Positions 41,081-50,729 of a stretch of DNA of 64,000 bases are shown piece by piece. The DNA is taken from the NCBI GenBank assembly GCA_963774265.1, contig CAVZDU010000008.1, forward strand, positions 256,001 to 320,000. Reading direction: 5' to 3'. The first letter of the stretch is position 1. Each line of letters begins with the position of its first letter. The DNA is from an uncultured Chloroflexia bacterium. GTDB lineage: Bacteria > Chloroflexota > Anaerolineae > CG2-30-64-16. Below the pieces are notes generated by a model. It made no database searches. It was not told the origin of the DNA and saw nothing but the letters and a program-made list of their open reading frames with translations. A program made the position numbers and the translations under genes.

Positions 41081-42237
41081 AAACTCTCTACTTTGACTGT
41101 GTTGCGGGCGCCAGCGGCGATATGATCCTCGCGGCCTTCCTTGCCGCGGGATTGGATGAACAAGCACTCCGTTCAAGACTGGCAGGCCTGCGGCTGCCTG
41201 GCTTCGACCTGCGCGTCGAACAGGTCCAGAAATCGGGCATCGGCGCCACGCACGTTGATGTCCTGGTGGACGACGAAGCACCGGAGCGGCATCTAGGTGA
41301 CCTGGTGGCGGTGGTCGAGGCGGCTGACCTTCCGGGGCAGGTCATCGAGAAGTCGGTAGCGGTCTTGCGGCGCATCGGCCAGGTCGAGGCCGGCATTCAC
41401 GCCGCACCGGATGCGGAGCACGTCCACCTGCACGAGTTGGGCGGGCTGGACACATTGGTCGATGTGGTAGGCGCAGTGAGCGGCATCGACCTCCTCGGCA
41501 TCGATCGAGTCGTATGCTCACCCATCCCGTTGGGCCGCGGGTTCATCCGTAGCGCGCATGGACGCATCCCTGTGCCTGCACCTGCGACAGTGGCCCTGCT
41601 GCAAGGCGCCGCCGTGGTGGGCAGCCAGATCGAAGGTGAGACCGTAACGCCGACAGGCGCAGCACTGCTCACCTCCCTCGCATCCGTATACGGCCCCATC
41701 CCGGCTATGACCCTCCGCGCCGTCGGGTATGGCGCCGGAAGCAAAGACTGGGCCATTCCCAACGTCCTGCGCGTGCTGATCGGTGACGGCCCTGCGCCTA
41801 TGGGGGAGCTTCAGGTAGAGACGTTGGCGGTGTTGGAGACCAATATCGACGACCTGAACCCGGAGACGTATGATTTTATCATGGCACGGCTCTTTGCGGC
41901 GGGCGCGCTGGATGTTTTCCTGACGCCAGTGCAGATGAAGAAGAACCGGCCCGCCACCTTGATCAGCGTCCTGTGTCGACCGGCCGCGGTTGATGTTCTG
42001 TCGGAGATCCTCTTTTCCGAGACCAGCACCCTGGGCATCCGCCGGCAGGATGTGATGCGCACGAGCTTGCCGCGCGAAATCCGATCTGTCGATACTCCCT
42101 TTGGCCCTATTCGCGTGAAAGTCGCACACTGGTCTGGGGGCTTCAAGTCCGCGCCCGAATACGAGGATTGCCGTCTCGCGGCGGAGGCGCATGGTGTGCC
42201 CTTGCGTGAGGTGTATGCAGCAGCTATCGCTTCGTAA
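41077..42237 (+). CDS. larC: Nickel insertase LarC
   Basis: GASGDM, HLHELG, PVPAPAT, TPTGAA, ETNIDD, MKKNRP, PEYEDC. Confidence 0.95.
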   Translation: MKTLYFDCVAGASGDMILAAFLAAGLDEQALRSRLAGLRLPGFDLRVEQVQKSGIGATHVDVLVDDEAPERHLGDLVAVVEAADLPGQVIEKSVAVLRRIGQVEAGIHAAPDAEHVHLHELGGLDTLVDVVGAVSGIDLLGIDRVVCSPIPLGRGFIRSAHGRIPVPAPATVALLQGAAVVGSQIEGETVTPTGAALLTSLASVYGPIPAMTLRAVGYGAGSKDWAIPNVLRVLIGDGPAPMGELQVETLAVLETNIDDLNPETYDFIMARLFAAGALDVFLTPVQMKKNRPATLISVLCRPAAVDVLSEILFSETSTLGIRRQDVMRTSLPREIRSVDTPFGPIRVKVAHWSGGFKSAPEYEDCRLAAEAHGVPLREVYAAAIAS

Positions 42238-42427
42238 GGACCCCACGCGCCTCCTCTCCACTGCCCCCAGGTGGCGCCCGTGTACCGCGGCTCAACCTAA
42301 AGAGCACTGATCGGACTCTCCAGCCCAATGCGTGCATGCGTGCCTCGCAGTTTGCGCTGTAGTGTACAAGTGGCTACAATATTGCTTGGGCGACGTTCCG
42401 GTCGATGATGAAAAGGAGCAAACCGAC

Positions 42428-43021
42428 ATGTCTTTTGAGTTACCACCCTTGCCGTATGCCGACACGGCTTTAGAACCCTACTATTCGGCCAAGACCTTCA
42501 GTTTCCACCACGGCAAGCACCACAAGGCTTACGTCGACAATCTAAACAAATTGCTCTTCGGCAGCCCCTTCGAGCACAGCTCGCTTGAAGAGATCATCCG
42601 AGCAACTGCCGGCGACCCGGGCAAAGCGGGCTTTTTCAATAACGCAGCCCAGGTGTGGAACCATACTTTCTTCTGGAACTGCATGAAACCGGGCGGCGGG
42701 GGTCGGCCGGAAGGCAAGCTTGCGGAGCGCATCAACGCCGCCTTTGGCGGTTACGAGAAATTCGCGGAGCAGTTCAAGACCACCGCCGTCGGTCGATTTG
42801 GTAGCGGCTGGGGCTGGCTGGTTCTGGACGGCGGCGAGCTGAAGATCATGAGCACGCCCAACGCCGAAACCCCACTGGCGTCAGGCAAAGTAGCGCTGCT
42901 CACGGTGGACGTGTGGGAACACGCCTACTACCTCGACTACCAGAATCGCCGGCCGGATTTCGTGCAAGCGTTCCTGGATCACCTGGTGAACTGGGACTTT
43001 GTGGCACAGCAACTCCCGTGA
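42428..43021 (+). CDS. sodB: Fe/Mn superoxide dismutase, Fe-type residues
   Basis: [35 protein letters not shown]. Confidence 0.92.
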   Translation: MSFELPPLPYADTALEPYYSAKTFSFHHGKHHKAYVDNLNKLLFGSPFEHSSLEEIIRATAGDPGKAGFFNNAAQVWNHTFFWNCMKPGGGGRPEGKLAERINAAFGGYEKFAEQFKTTAVGRFGSGWGWLVLDGGELKIMSTPNAETPLASGKVALLTVDVWEHAYYLDYQNRRPDFVQAFLDHLVNWDFVAQQLP

Positions 43022-43048
43022 GGCACTGGCCGCCAGAATGAGTCATAA

Positions 43049-43080
43049 CGAACCAGATTTCTCTCCAGAAATCTGGTTCG
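43049..43080. repeat. Perfect palindromic hairpin (terminator or REP-like)
   Basis: CGAACCAGATTTCT-CTCC-AGAAATCTGGTTCG. Confidence 0.65.
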
Positions 43081-43117
43081 CTGATTTATCCCGCAAATTA
43101 TGTAGTATACTTGAGAC

Positions 43118-43846
43118 GTGCCTGATCCTTCTCATGCTTTCCGAACCGAAGGCAATCTACAACGCATCTTGGTCGTAGATGACGATCCGGCCATCCGGCG
43201 CTTGCTGAAAGACAAGCTGGAGGGCGCAGGGTATGAAGTCTGGACTGCCGCGTCCGGCAATCAGGCGCTGGAGACTATTGAGCGTCGGGGAATGCCGCAC
43301 CTGGCTGTCGTCGACATCAACATGCCGGGCATGAACGGCCTGCGTTTCTGCGAAACCGTCCAACAATTCAGCGATCTGCCCGTGATCATGCTGAGCGCTG
43401 TCGACGAGGAAGAGACCATCGTCGGCAGCATCAGCCGCTACGCAGAGGACTACGTCACCAAGCCATTTAGCCCCCGCGAGTTGGTCGCGCGTTTGGAGCG
43501 GGTGTTGCGGCGCGTCGGCGATTACAGCTACACTTGGGACGTCGTGACTCGGATCGATGCTCACCTTGCGGTCGATATCCCACACCAGCATGCCCTGGTG
43601 GATGATCAGACTGTTGCGCTGACGCCGACCGAGACCAAATTGCTATATCTGTTGATGCGCAATGCTGGACGCACCGTATCCACCGATTTTCTCCTTCGGC
43701 GGCTTTGGCCGATGGAGGAAGTCTTCGAGGACACGCTTCGCGTCCACATTCATCGGTTGCGCCACAAGATCGAACCGACACCGTCCCGCCCGCGTTACAT
43801 CCTGACGGAGCGCGGCCTGGGGTACAGTTTCCCGGCCCACTCTTAG
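43118..43846 (+). CDS. OmpR-family response regulator
   Basis: ILVVDDD, VDINMPG, VTKPF, LTPTE, VHIHRLRHKIE, TERGLGY. Confidence 0.93.
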   Translation: MPDPSHAFRTEGNLQRILVVDDDPAIRRLLKDKLEGAGYEVWTAASGNQALETIERRGMPHLAVVDINMPGMNGLRFCETVQQFSDLPVIMLSAVDEEETIVGSISRYAEDYVTKPFSPRELVARLERVLRRVGDYSYTWDVVTRIDAHLAVDIPHQHALVDDQTVALTPTETKLLYLLMRNAGRTVSTDFLLRRLWPMEEVFEDTLRVHIHRLRHKIEPTPSRPRYILTERGLGYSFPAHS

Positions 43847-43898
43847 TTCACGCGTCATCTTTGACTTAATCTTTCTCATCTACAGTAAAGGAGGTCTC

Positions 43899-44519
43899 AT
43901 GGCAGAGCAAACAACGCTCCAGGGAGAGTCAGTCGAACGCATCCGAGACATCATTTTCGGGCCCAAGATGCGCGATTACGAGCAGCGCTTTGACGCAGTG
44001 ATGCGCGACTTAGCACGGCTGCAGCAGGACCTGGACCATCTGGGCGAGCAGCTTACTACGAAGGACGCGGCGCAGAACAAGAATCTACAAACCTTGCGCC
44101 AGGAGCTTCGCCAGGCGGACGGTGAGCTGCGTAATGAAGTGAAAGCCGAGGCAACTCGGCTGACGGGTCAACTTGCCGACCAGCACTCTTCGCACGCCAA
44201 CGCGCTACAGGCGGCGCGTCAGGAGCTGCTGCAGGCGGATGACCTCATGCAAGCAGCGCTCAAGACCGATATGGAACAGCTCAACGGCACCTTAACAGAT
44301 CACGAGACGGCACAAAAAAGCACGCTCCAGTCGCTTCGTCAGGAGTTGCGCAAGGCCGATGCCGATCTTCGGGAGGAATTACGCCAGGTGATGCAGCGGC
44401 TCACCGACGACAAGACCGACCGGAGCACATTGGGCGAGCTGTTCATCGAGTTGGGCAATCACGTTAAGAGCGGCGGCAGTCTGTCGGATCTCCTCCAGGG
44501 CCTGGAACAACCGGGCTGA
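43899..44519 (+). CDS. Coiled-coil protein of the small-GTPase cluster
   Basis: ERIRDIIFGPKMRDYEQRF, three imperfect LQxLRQELRxAD repeats, DKTDRSTLGELFIELG; AAGGAGG SD. Confidence 0.8.
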   Translation: MAEQTTLQGESVERIRDIIFGPKMRDYEQRFDAVMRDLARLQQDLDHLGEQLTTKDAAQNKNLQTLRQELRQADGELRNEVKAEATRLTGQLADQHSSHANALQAARQELLQADDLMQAALKTDMEQLNGTLTDHETAQKSTLQSLRQELRKADADLREELRQVMQRLTDDKTDRSTLGELFIELGNHVKSGGSLSDLLQGLEQPG

Positions 44520-44524
44520 TCCGC

Positions 44525-45920
44525 GTGGACGCAGCACAGAAGGCGGAGCCCACGACCGACCGGATCGACGACGCGCTGCTGGATGACCTGCGCGCAATCG
44601 TCGCAGGCCCCGACCGGGAGCGCATGAGGCTGCTGGAGACACGCATCGCTGAAGTGGAGCACCGCACCGGTGATCACGAAGCGTTGGTGGCTGCGGTCAG
44701 TCCCATCCTGGGCGACGCAATTCGGCGGCAGGTACGCGAAGATCGCGACGAGATGATCGAGTCGTTGTACCCGATCATCGGTCAACTCATCGCGCGCGCG
44801 GTCGCAGAAGCTATTCGCGACTTGGCCCGCACCATCGATCGCCGGATGCGGACGTCGTTCAGCCCGGCTCTTTTCTTGCGGCGGCTCCGGGCGCGCGCGC
44901 GGGGCGTGTCAGGCGCTGAACTGGCCTTGCGCGATGCATTGCCCTTCCAGGTGACGGAGCTATTCCTGGTGCACCGCGAAAGCGGGTTGTTGTTGCTGTA
45001 CCTATCGCGGGAACAACCCCATCCCTCTGACGCGGAGGATAACTCGGATCTCGTTAGCAGCATGTTGACGGCGATCCAGGATTTTGCTCAAGATGCGTTT
45101 GGTCAGGGCCAACAGGGAGGGCTGGACGAAATCCAGTACGGCAATCGCCGCATTCTGATCGAGGCATCCCAGCATGTGTATCTGGCCGTGGTCGTCGATG
45201 GCGTCGAGCCGGCTGGGTTCCGCGCGAAGATACGGGAACGGGGCAGCGAGGTCGAGATTGCCTATCTCGAGGCTTTGGAACATTATAACGGCGACGCGTC
45301 TCAGTTTTCATCTGTGCGGCCTGCCCTGGCGGATCTTTTGGGCGAAGGCTCAAGCGAGAACCAGCCTGCAGGACTGTCGCCCAATCAAAAACGCATCGCC
45401 GTGGGGCTGGCGGTCAGCGCTTACGCTCTGCCTTGGCGGCGCCTGTTTGGGTGGTGCAATCTTGGTGCGCAATGTGCTGAAACGACCGGCCTATGTTGTC
45501 GTCGTAACAGCAACGCCCGGGCCAACCGACATATCAACGACTGCGCCAATGGTTACGACAGCCGCCACCGCGACACATACGCCGACGGTCACAGCGACGG
45601 TCACAGCCTCGCCGACAGCGATACCTTCGCAGACGCCGGCGCAGGCTCCGACGCAGGCTCCGACGGCGACGCGAACGGCCGGACCACCGCCGTCCGCGCA
45701 GGTGATTGTGGTCGCTAATTTGCGTGCAGGTCCCGGTCTTTCTTCGCCGGTTCTCGGACAGGCCGCCGCGGGCAGCACATATACCGTGTTGGGTCGTGAC
45801 GCAACGGGAGGCTGGTTGCAGATATGTTGCACGGCGCGCGGGGACACCGGCTGGCTCGCTGCAGCCCTGGCGACCATCACTGGCAACATAGAGAGTGTGC
45901 CAATCGTGGCAGAGGAGTGA
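44525..45920 (+). CDS. Membrane protein: helical plus roadblock/longin-like cytoplasmic region, TM helix, Thr/Pro linker, C-terminal SH3b-like domain (frameshift near 45420)
   Basis: ELFLVHRESGLLL..DLVSSMLTAIQDF..LDEIQYG..YLAVVVDG; ANLRAGPGLSSPVLG..VLGRD..WLQI..TGWL. Confidence 0.75.
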
Positions 45921-45923
45921 CCC

Positions 45924-46442
45924 GTGGTCTCGCTCAACGCGAAGGTATGTCTGTTGGGAGATTATGCCGTCGGCAAAACGAGCCTGGTCCGGCGGTTCGT
46001 CTACAACCTGTTTGAGGACAAGTACTTGAGCACGATTGGCGTCAAGGTCAGCCGCAAGGTCGTGGCGGTGCCGCGGGGCGATGATGTAGTAGAACTAACT
46101 CTAATGCTCTGGGACTTGGCAGGCAGCGAGGAGTTTGACAAGTTGCGAGCCAGCTACTTGCGCGGCGCAGCCGGCGCACTGATCGTCTGTGACCTGACGC
46201 AGCGCAGCTCGCTGGATAGCATGCACGAATATGCCCGCCAGATGCGCGAGGTAAACCCTCGCGCCGCCGTAGTTCTCGCGGCCAACAAGCACGACCTTGT
46301 GGATCAGCGAACCATTCGCGAAGATGAAATCGCGGCGACCGCGGCAGAATTGGGGGCGCATTGTTTCATGACCAGCGCCAAGCTGGGTGTGACGGTCAAC
46401 GAGGCGTTTCGTCATTTGGGACGTCTGACGGTGGGTGAGTAG
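45924..46442 (+). CDS. Ras-superfamily (Rab-like) small GTPase
   Basis: G1 GDYAVGKT, G2 STIG, G3 WDLAG, YLRGA, G4 NKHD, G5 TSAK; 172 aa. Confidence 0.93.
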   Translation: MVSLNAKVCLLGDYAVGKTSLVRRFVYNLFEDKYLSTIGVKVSRKVVAVPRGDDVVELTLMLWDLAGSEEFDKLRASYLRGAAGALIVCDLTQRSSLDSMHEYARQMREVNPRAAVVLAANKHDLVDQRTIREDEIAATAAELGAHCFMTSAKLGVTVNEAFRHLGRLTVGE

Positions 46443-47673
46443 TCGGAGGACTGCTGTGCAGGACTGGGAACCGTCCCCGGCAGGGGATCCGTGTGCAAGC
46501 GGCCAGATGGTGTTGCAGGACCGGCGTATCGCTTACGCTGTCACAGACTGCGCGCTCCGCGTCCGCCAGGTGAGCGTCTCGCTCAGCATTCTTCAGAATG
46601 GCGACGACACTTGGCTGGGCAAGTACCTCCTGGACCTGGTCCCAGAGTTGATCGGCAGCGAAAACGCGCTGGAGCAGATTCTTGCCGGCACACTGCCGCG
46701 GCTGGAGATCCCATGGGTCAATCGTGATGGCGAAGGAGAGAAAACCTGCTACCTCACTCTGGTTGACCTGCCATGCCGCGATACTACAGGCGCCATCATC
46801 GGTGTGATCCACGTCATCCAGGACGTGACCGAGGGGGGCGTGCTGGAGCAAAGACTGATGCAGCACCGAAACGATCTGCGCTTGCTGGAGAAGGCACAGC
46901 GCGAGCAGAACGTCCGATTGCTGGCCGCAAACGCTGAGCTCCGCCGTCTGGATGAGGCAAAATCCGCTTTTGTCTCCGTCGCCGCGCACGAACTCCGCAC
47001 ACCGCTTGCCTCGATTACAGGTTACGTTGAAATGCTTCTCGATGGGGATGCCGGACCGCTCAATACGCAGCAGACCGAGTATCTCGGCACAATCGATGCC
47101 AGCTCACAGCGGCTCTTGCGGATCACGCGCGATCTGCTCGATATGGCGCGCATCGAATCTGGGCGGCTGGAGCTACTGCTGCAGACCGTCGATCTGAAAG
47201 ATCTCCTTGCCGAGGTCGCGGTTGAGCAGATGCCTCAGCTTGAGGCCCGTTCCCAACAGATCCATCTGATCGCCCCGGACGATGTGCCATTTGCCCTGGT
47301 CGATCCCCATCGAACGGCGCAGATCATCGGCAACCTCGTCAGCAATGCCAGCAAGTACGCGCCGTTGGGCACATCGATCACCATGGATCTCGGAGAAGAC
47401 ATGGACGAGCCCGGTTTTCTGCGTGTTGCCGTCACGAACGAAGGCAATGGGATATCACCGGAAGACCAGGATCTTCTATTTCGACCTTTCTTTCGCGGCG
47501 CCAGTGCGGAGATCACCGGCGCACCGGGCACCGGTCTCGGCCTGTACATCGCAAAGTCGTTGGTGGAGTTGCACGGCGGCCGCATCACCCTGGAAAGCAA
47601 GCCCGGCGCAGGAGCTACGTTTTTCGCTACCTTCCCCATGGCGCTCGGCACACCCCTCACCATAGCCTCTTAG
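46435..47673 (+). CDS. Cytoplasmic sensor histidine kinase with N-terminal PAS-like domain
   Basis: AHELRTPL, NLVSNASKY, LFRPFF, GTGLGL, HGGRI; start overlaps the GTPase stop. Confidence 0.92.
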   Translation: MSSRRTAVQDWEPSPAGDPCASGQMVLQDRRIAYAVTDCALRVRQVSVSLSILQNGDDTWLGKYLLDLVPELIGSENALEQILAGTLPRLEIPWVNRDGEGEKTCYLTLVDLPCRDTTGAIIGVIHVIQDVTEGGVLEQRLMQHRNDLRLLEKAQREQNVRLLAANAELRRLDEAKSAFVSVAAHELRTPLASITGYVEMLLDGDAGPLNTQQTEYLGTIDASSQRLLRITRDLLDMARIESGRLELLLQTVDLKDLLAEVAVEQMPQLEARSQQIHLIAPDDVPFALVDPHRTAQIIGNLVSNASKYAPLGTSITMDLGEDMDEPGFLRVAVTNEGNGISPEDQDLLFRPFFRGASAEITGAPGTGLGLYIAKSLVELHGGRITLESKPGAGATFFATFPMALGTPLTIAS

Positions 47674-47760
47674 GTGTCCGACTGTGTAATGTAAGTCGTA
47701 ATCCCTGTGCGGTACAATTATTTGAAATAGGATGGCCTGTTGTTCGCACAGGGAGGAATA

Positions 47761-48162
47761 ATGGCGGTGGTGATGGCCAAGCTCCATGGCGTGGAGCGCG
47801 GTCTCGAATCGAAGCTAAAGACCAAGGGTGTCAAGGACTCGGAAGACCTGTTGGCACGCTGCAAGACGCAGAAGGATGTACAGGCATTTGCGGAGGAAGT
47901 CGATGTAGACTTCGAGACCCTGAACCGCCTGGTACACCGGGCGCACCTGGCTCGAATTCGGGGCATCGGCGAGGCATACACCATACTACTGGAGGCCGCC
48001 GGCGTAAAGACGTTGAGCGATCTGGCGGTTAAAGCGCCTGATGAACTGCACACGCAGTTTGAGCAGATCAACCAGGAGCGAAAAATCGTCGGTCGTGTGC
48101 CCGCACTGGCCATGGTCAACGGATGGGTAGCGAAGGCACAGAGACTGCCACACCATAACTGA
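47761..48162 (+). CDS. DUF4332 (HhH-type) domain protein
   Basis: AHLARIRGIGEAYTILLEAAGVKTLSDLA..VNGWVAKA. Confidence 0.85.
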   Translation: MAVVMAKLHGVERGLESKLKTKGVKDSEDLLARCKTQKDVQAFAEEVDVDFETLNRLVHRAHLARIRGIGEAYTILLEAAGVKTLSDLAVKAPDELHTQFEQINQERKIVGRVPALAMVNGWVAKAQRLPHHN

Positions 48163-48225
48163 AGGCCTGCACCTTCATCATAGCGCAGCTTCCAGCCTGC
48201 CCATTTGGACAGGCCGGAAGCTGCG

Positions 48226-48570
48226 CTATTTTGTTGCCAGGAAGTAGACCGCGCCGTCGGCTCCGGCCATGATGCCGTGCAGCATTCCTTGGGGCATTTC
48301 GATGCGATCGCCGGGCATCAGTTCGATCAGTCGTGCATCGGCTGGCAGCACGACGGTCAGGCTGCCTTCAATGACCCACATGGTTTCAGGATAGATGTGC
48401 GCATGCGGCGGGTAGCCCGTGGCCGGTTCCGTGCGCCATAACACCACGCCATGTCCCTCGGCCGCCAGGCGACCACGGATGCTTTCTTCAGTCGGCCTGC
48501 CCGGTCCCTCCCACAGCACCACTCGAACGGCAGGCTTTGGAAACTTCGGAAATCGCAGCGCCTCACCCAT
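48226..48570 (-). CDS. Cupin domain protein
   Basis: YPPHAHIYPE..WVIEGSL..PGDRIEMPQGMLH. Confidence 0.8.
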   Translation of the reverse strand: MGEALRFPKFPKPAVRVVLWEGPGRPTEESIRGRLAAEGHGVVLWRTEPATGYPPHAHIYPETMWVIEGSLTVVLPADARLIELMPGDRIEMPQGMLHGIMAGADGAVYFLATK

Positions 48571-48574
48571 CTCG

Positions 48575-50560
48575 CTACCCTATCTCTGCCAGAACCCGTC
48601 CCATTTGTGGGGTGGCATACCCTCCGAGCGCCTTGACGCGCACGGCAAACGCCTCGTCTCGAATAATAGACAGAACCGGTTCAAGCGCGCCACTCTGATA
48701 GGCCCACGCTGGAATGACCAGATCATATTGCTCCTGGTCCATTGGAATGAAATCGAGGCCAAGGGCCCGTGCCGCCGCCAGGATGCCCAAACCGCAGTCC
48801 GCCGCACCGGAAGCCACGGCCGCCGCCACCGTCAGATGGGTAAATTCCTGCCGATCGTAACCCTGGATCGCCGTTGGACTAATCCCGGATTGGCGTAAGC
48901 GGAAGTCCAACAGCACGCGAGTGCCGGCCCCTCGTTGTCGATTGATGAAAATCACATCGGACCGGGTCAGATCTGCCAGGGAATGGATGCCCTTTGGGTT
49001 CCTCTTGGGAACGATCAATCCCTGCTCGCGTTGGACAAATCCAAGTAGGATGACCTTTGTCTGCGGCAACACGCGGCGGATGTAGGAGATGTTGTACGCC
49101 CCGGTCTCCTCATCCAGCAGATGCGATCCAGCAAAATGAGCCTCTCCTCGGCTGAGCGCAAGCAGTCCGCCCAGGCTGCCCACATTCGCGGACGACAGGC
49201 CGCGGCCAGGAAAGCGTTGCCCGAGCTCGTCAGCCAGGAGGTCCAATGTCAGATCGTGACTGCCGATGGCGACGACCGTACGCCGGACATTCTCAACCGG
49301 CTTAAGCAGGTTCACAGTGATCACCGCGCCCGGTTCGAAGCCCTGCACGCCTCGCGGGATTCGCACCATCCCGTCGGCGCGCACTAATGACATCAGCACC
49401 CCTGAACCACCAGGTAATGGAGTTGCTACGACCCGATCGCCCACCTGGCCGACTGTCACGCGGAGGTACTCTTCCTCGCCCTCGGGACTGACCACCTTGC
49501 GCGTCAGCGTGGCCTCCAGGGTGGGCCGCTCTGCAACCGGCCGGCCAAGCCAGTGCGCCAGGGTCGGCTTAACCAGCAATTCACAAGTCACCGCTGCGCT
49601 GACCGGGTAGCCCGGCAGCCCGATAACCGGCGTCCAGCGCTCAACCGACCCATCCCCGTGCGCGACATGACCCGTGAGGCGGATCAGGCCCAGGATGACG
49701 GGGTGGCCGGGTCGGATGGCGATACCATGCACTAGTAACCGGCCGAGTTCCTGGACGATTCGTGCCGTAAAATCCTCTGATCCCGCGGATGAGCCCGCGT
49801 TCACGATCACCAAGTCGTGGGTTCGAGCCGCGCCCAACACCTGATTCCGGATAGCCGCATAGTCGTCGGGCAACATGGGTAACCGGGTCACCTCGCCGCC
49901 CCACTCGCGCACCATCGCACCCAACATGAGTGAGTTGTATTCGACAATATCACCCGGCTTCAGCGCCGCGCCGGGCGCGACCAACTCAGTGCCGGTGGGC
50001 AAAATAGCCACGCGCGGCCTACGGCGAACATTGACGGAGGCATGACCCGATCCAGCCGCGGCGCCAAGGTCCTGGGGACGCAGCGCATGATTGGCGGGCA
50101 GAATGAGCTCAGTCGCCACCATATCCTCTCCCATCGGCCGCACGTGCTGCCAGGGTGCGACCGGGGCGAGGATCTCGATCTGCTGGCCTTCATCACCCCC
50201 GCTGAGCTGGACGTCTTCGATCATGATCACAGCATTAGCGCCGCCCGGCAAGGGATCTCCGGTGTCAACATAGAAAGCGTCGCGGCCTACGCGAAGACGA
50301 ATCGGCCTGGTTTCGCTGGCGCCGCGTGTGCGTTCGGCCAGGACAGCATAGCCGTCCATGGCCGACGCATGGTAGTGGGGCGATGAAATGGCCGCCCACA
50401 CCGGCTCGGCTGTCACCCGACCCGCCGCTTCTTCCAGCGAAACCTTTTCGCCCGGCATGAGCCGCGCCAGCCCGACATCATCCAGCGCGGCCCACCAGCG
50501 TTCGAGTGCTTGGGACAGAGGAATATCTTCGAGGTACGGAGAGTGCGAATGACCCGCCAA
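48575..50560 (-). CDS. moeA: Molybdopterin molybdenumtransferase MoeA with C-terminal PBP-like domain
   Basis: SAMDGYAV, PTGTEL, AGSSAGSED, GLPGYPVSA, GSHD, FINRQRGAGTR; AAGGAG before TTG 50560. Confidence 0.9.
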   Translation of the reverse strand: MAGHSHSPYLEDIPLSQALERWWAALDDVGLARLMPGEKVSLEEAAGRVTAEPVWAAISSPHYHASAMDGYAVLAERTRGASETRPIRLRVGRDAFYVDTGDPLPGGANAVIMIEDVQLSGGDEGQQIEILAPVAPWQHVRPMGEDMVATELILPANHALRPQDLGAAAGSGHASVNVRRRPRVAILPTGTELVAPGAALKPGDIVEYNSLMLGAMVREWGGEVTRLPMLPDDYAAIRNQVLGAARTHDLVIVNAGSSAGSEDFTARIVQELGRLLVHGIAIRPGHPVILGLIRLTGHVAHGDGSVERWTPVIGLPGYPVSAAVTCELLVKPTLAHWLGRPVAERPTLEATLTRKVVSPEGEEEYLRVTVGQVGDRVVATPLPGGSGVLMSLVRADGMVRIPRGVQGFEPGAVITVNLLKPVENVRRTVVAIGSHDLTLDLLADELGQRFPGRGLSSANVGSLGGLLALSRGEAHFAGSHLLDEETGAYNISYIRRVLPQTKVILLGFVQREQGLIVPKRNPKGIHSLADLTRSDVIFINRQRGAGTRVLLDFRLRQSGISPTAIQGYDRQEFTHLTVAAAVASGAADCGLGILAAARALGLDFIPMDQEQYDLVIPAWAYQSGALEPVLSIIRDEAFAVRVKALGGYATPQMGRVLAEIG

Positions 50561-50729
50561 CGCTGACTCCTTGAGTAGACAGTGGTTGCCTGCTTCTTTC
50601 ACGGAGTATAGCATAAAAACTGACTTGAAAGATAGGTGCACTTGCGCCTAAAATGTGATACAATATGTTGGTAGCTAGACTCCCGAATTTCACAGCGCAG
50701 TTCCCAAAAAGGGAAGAAAGGCGGTTCAC

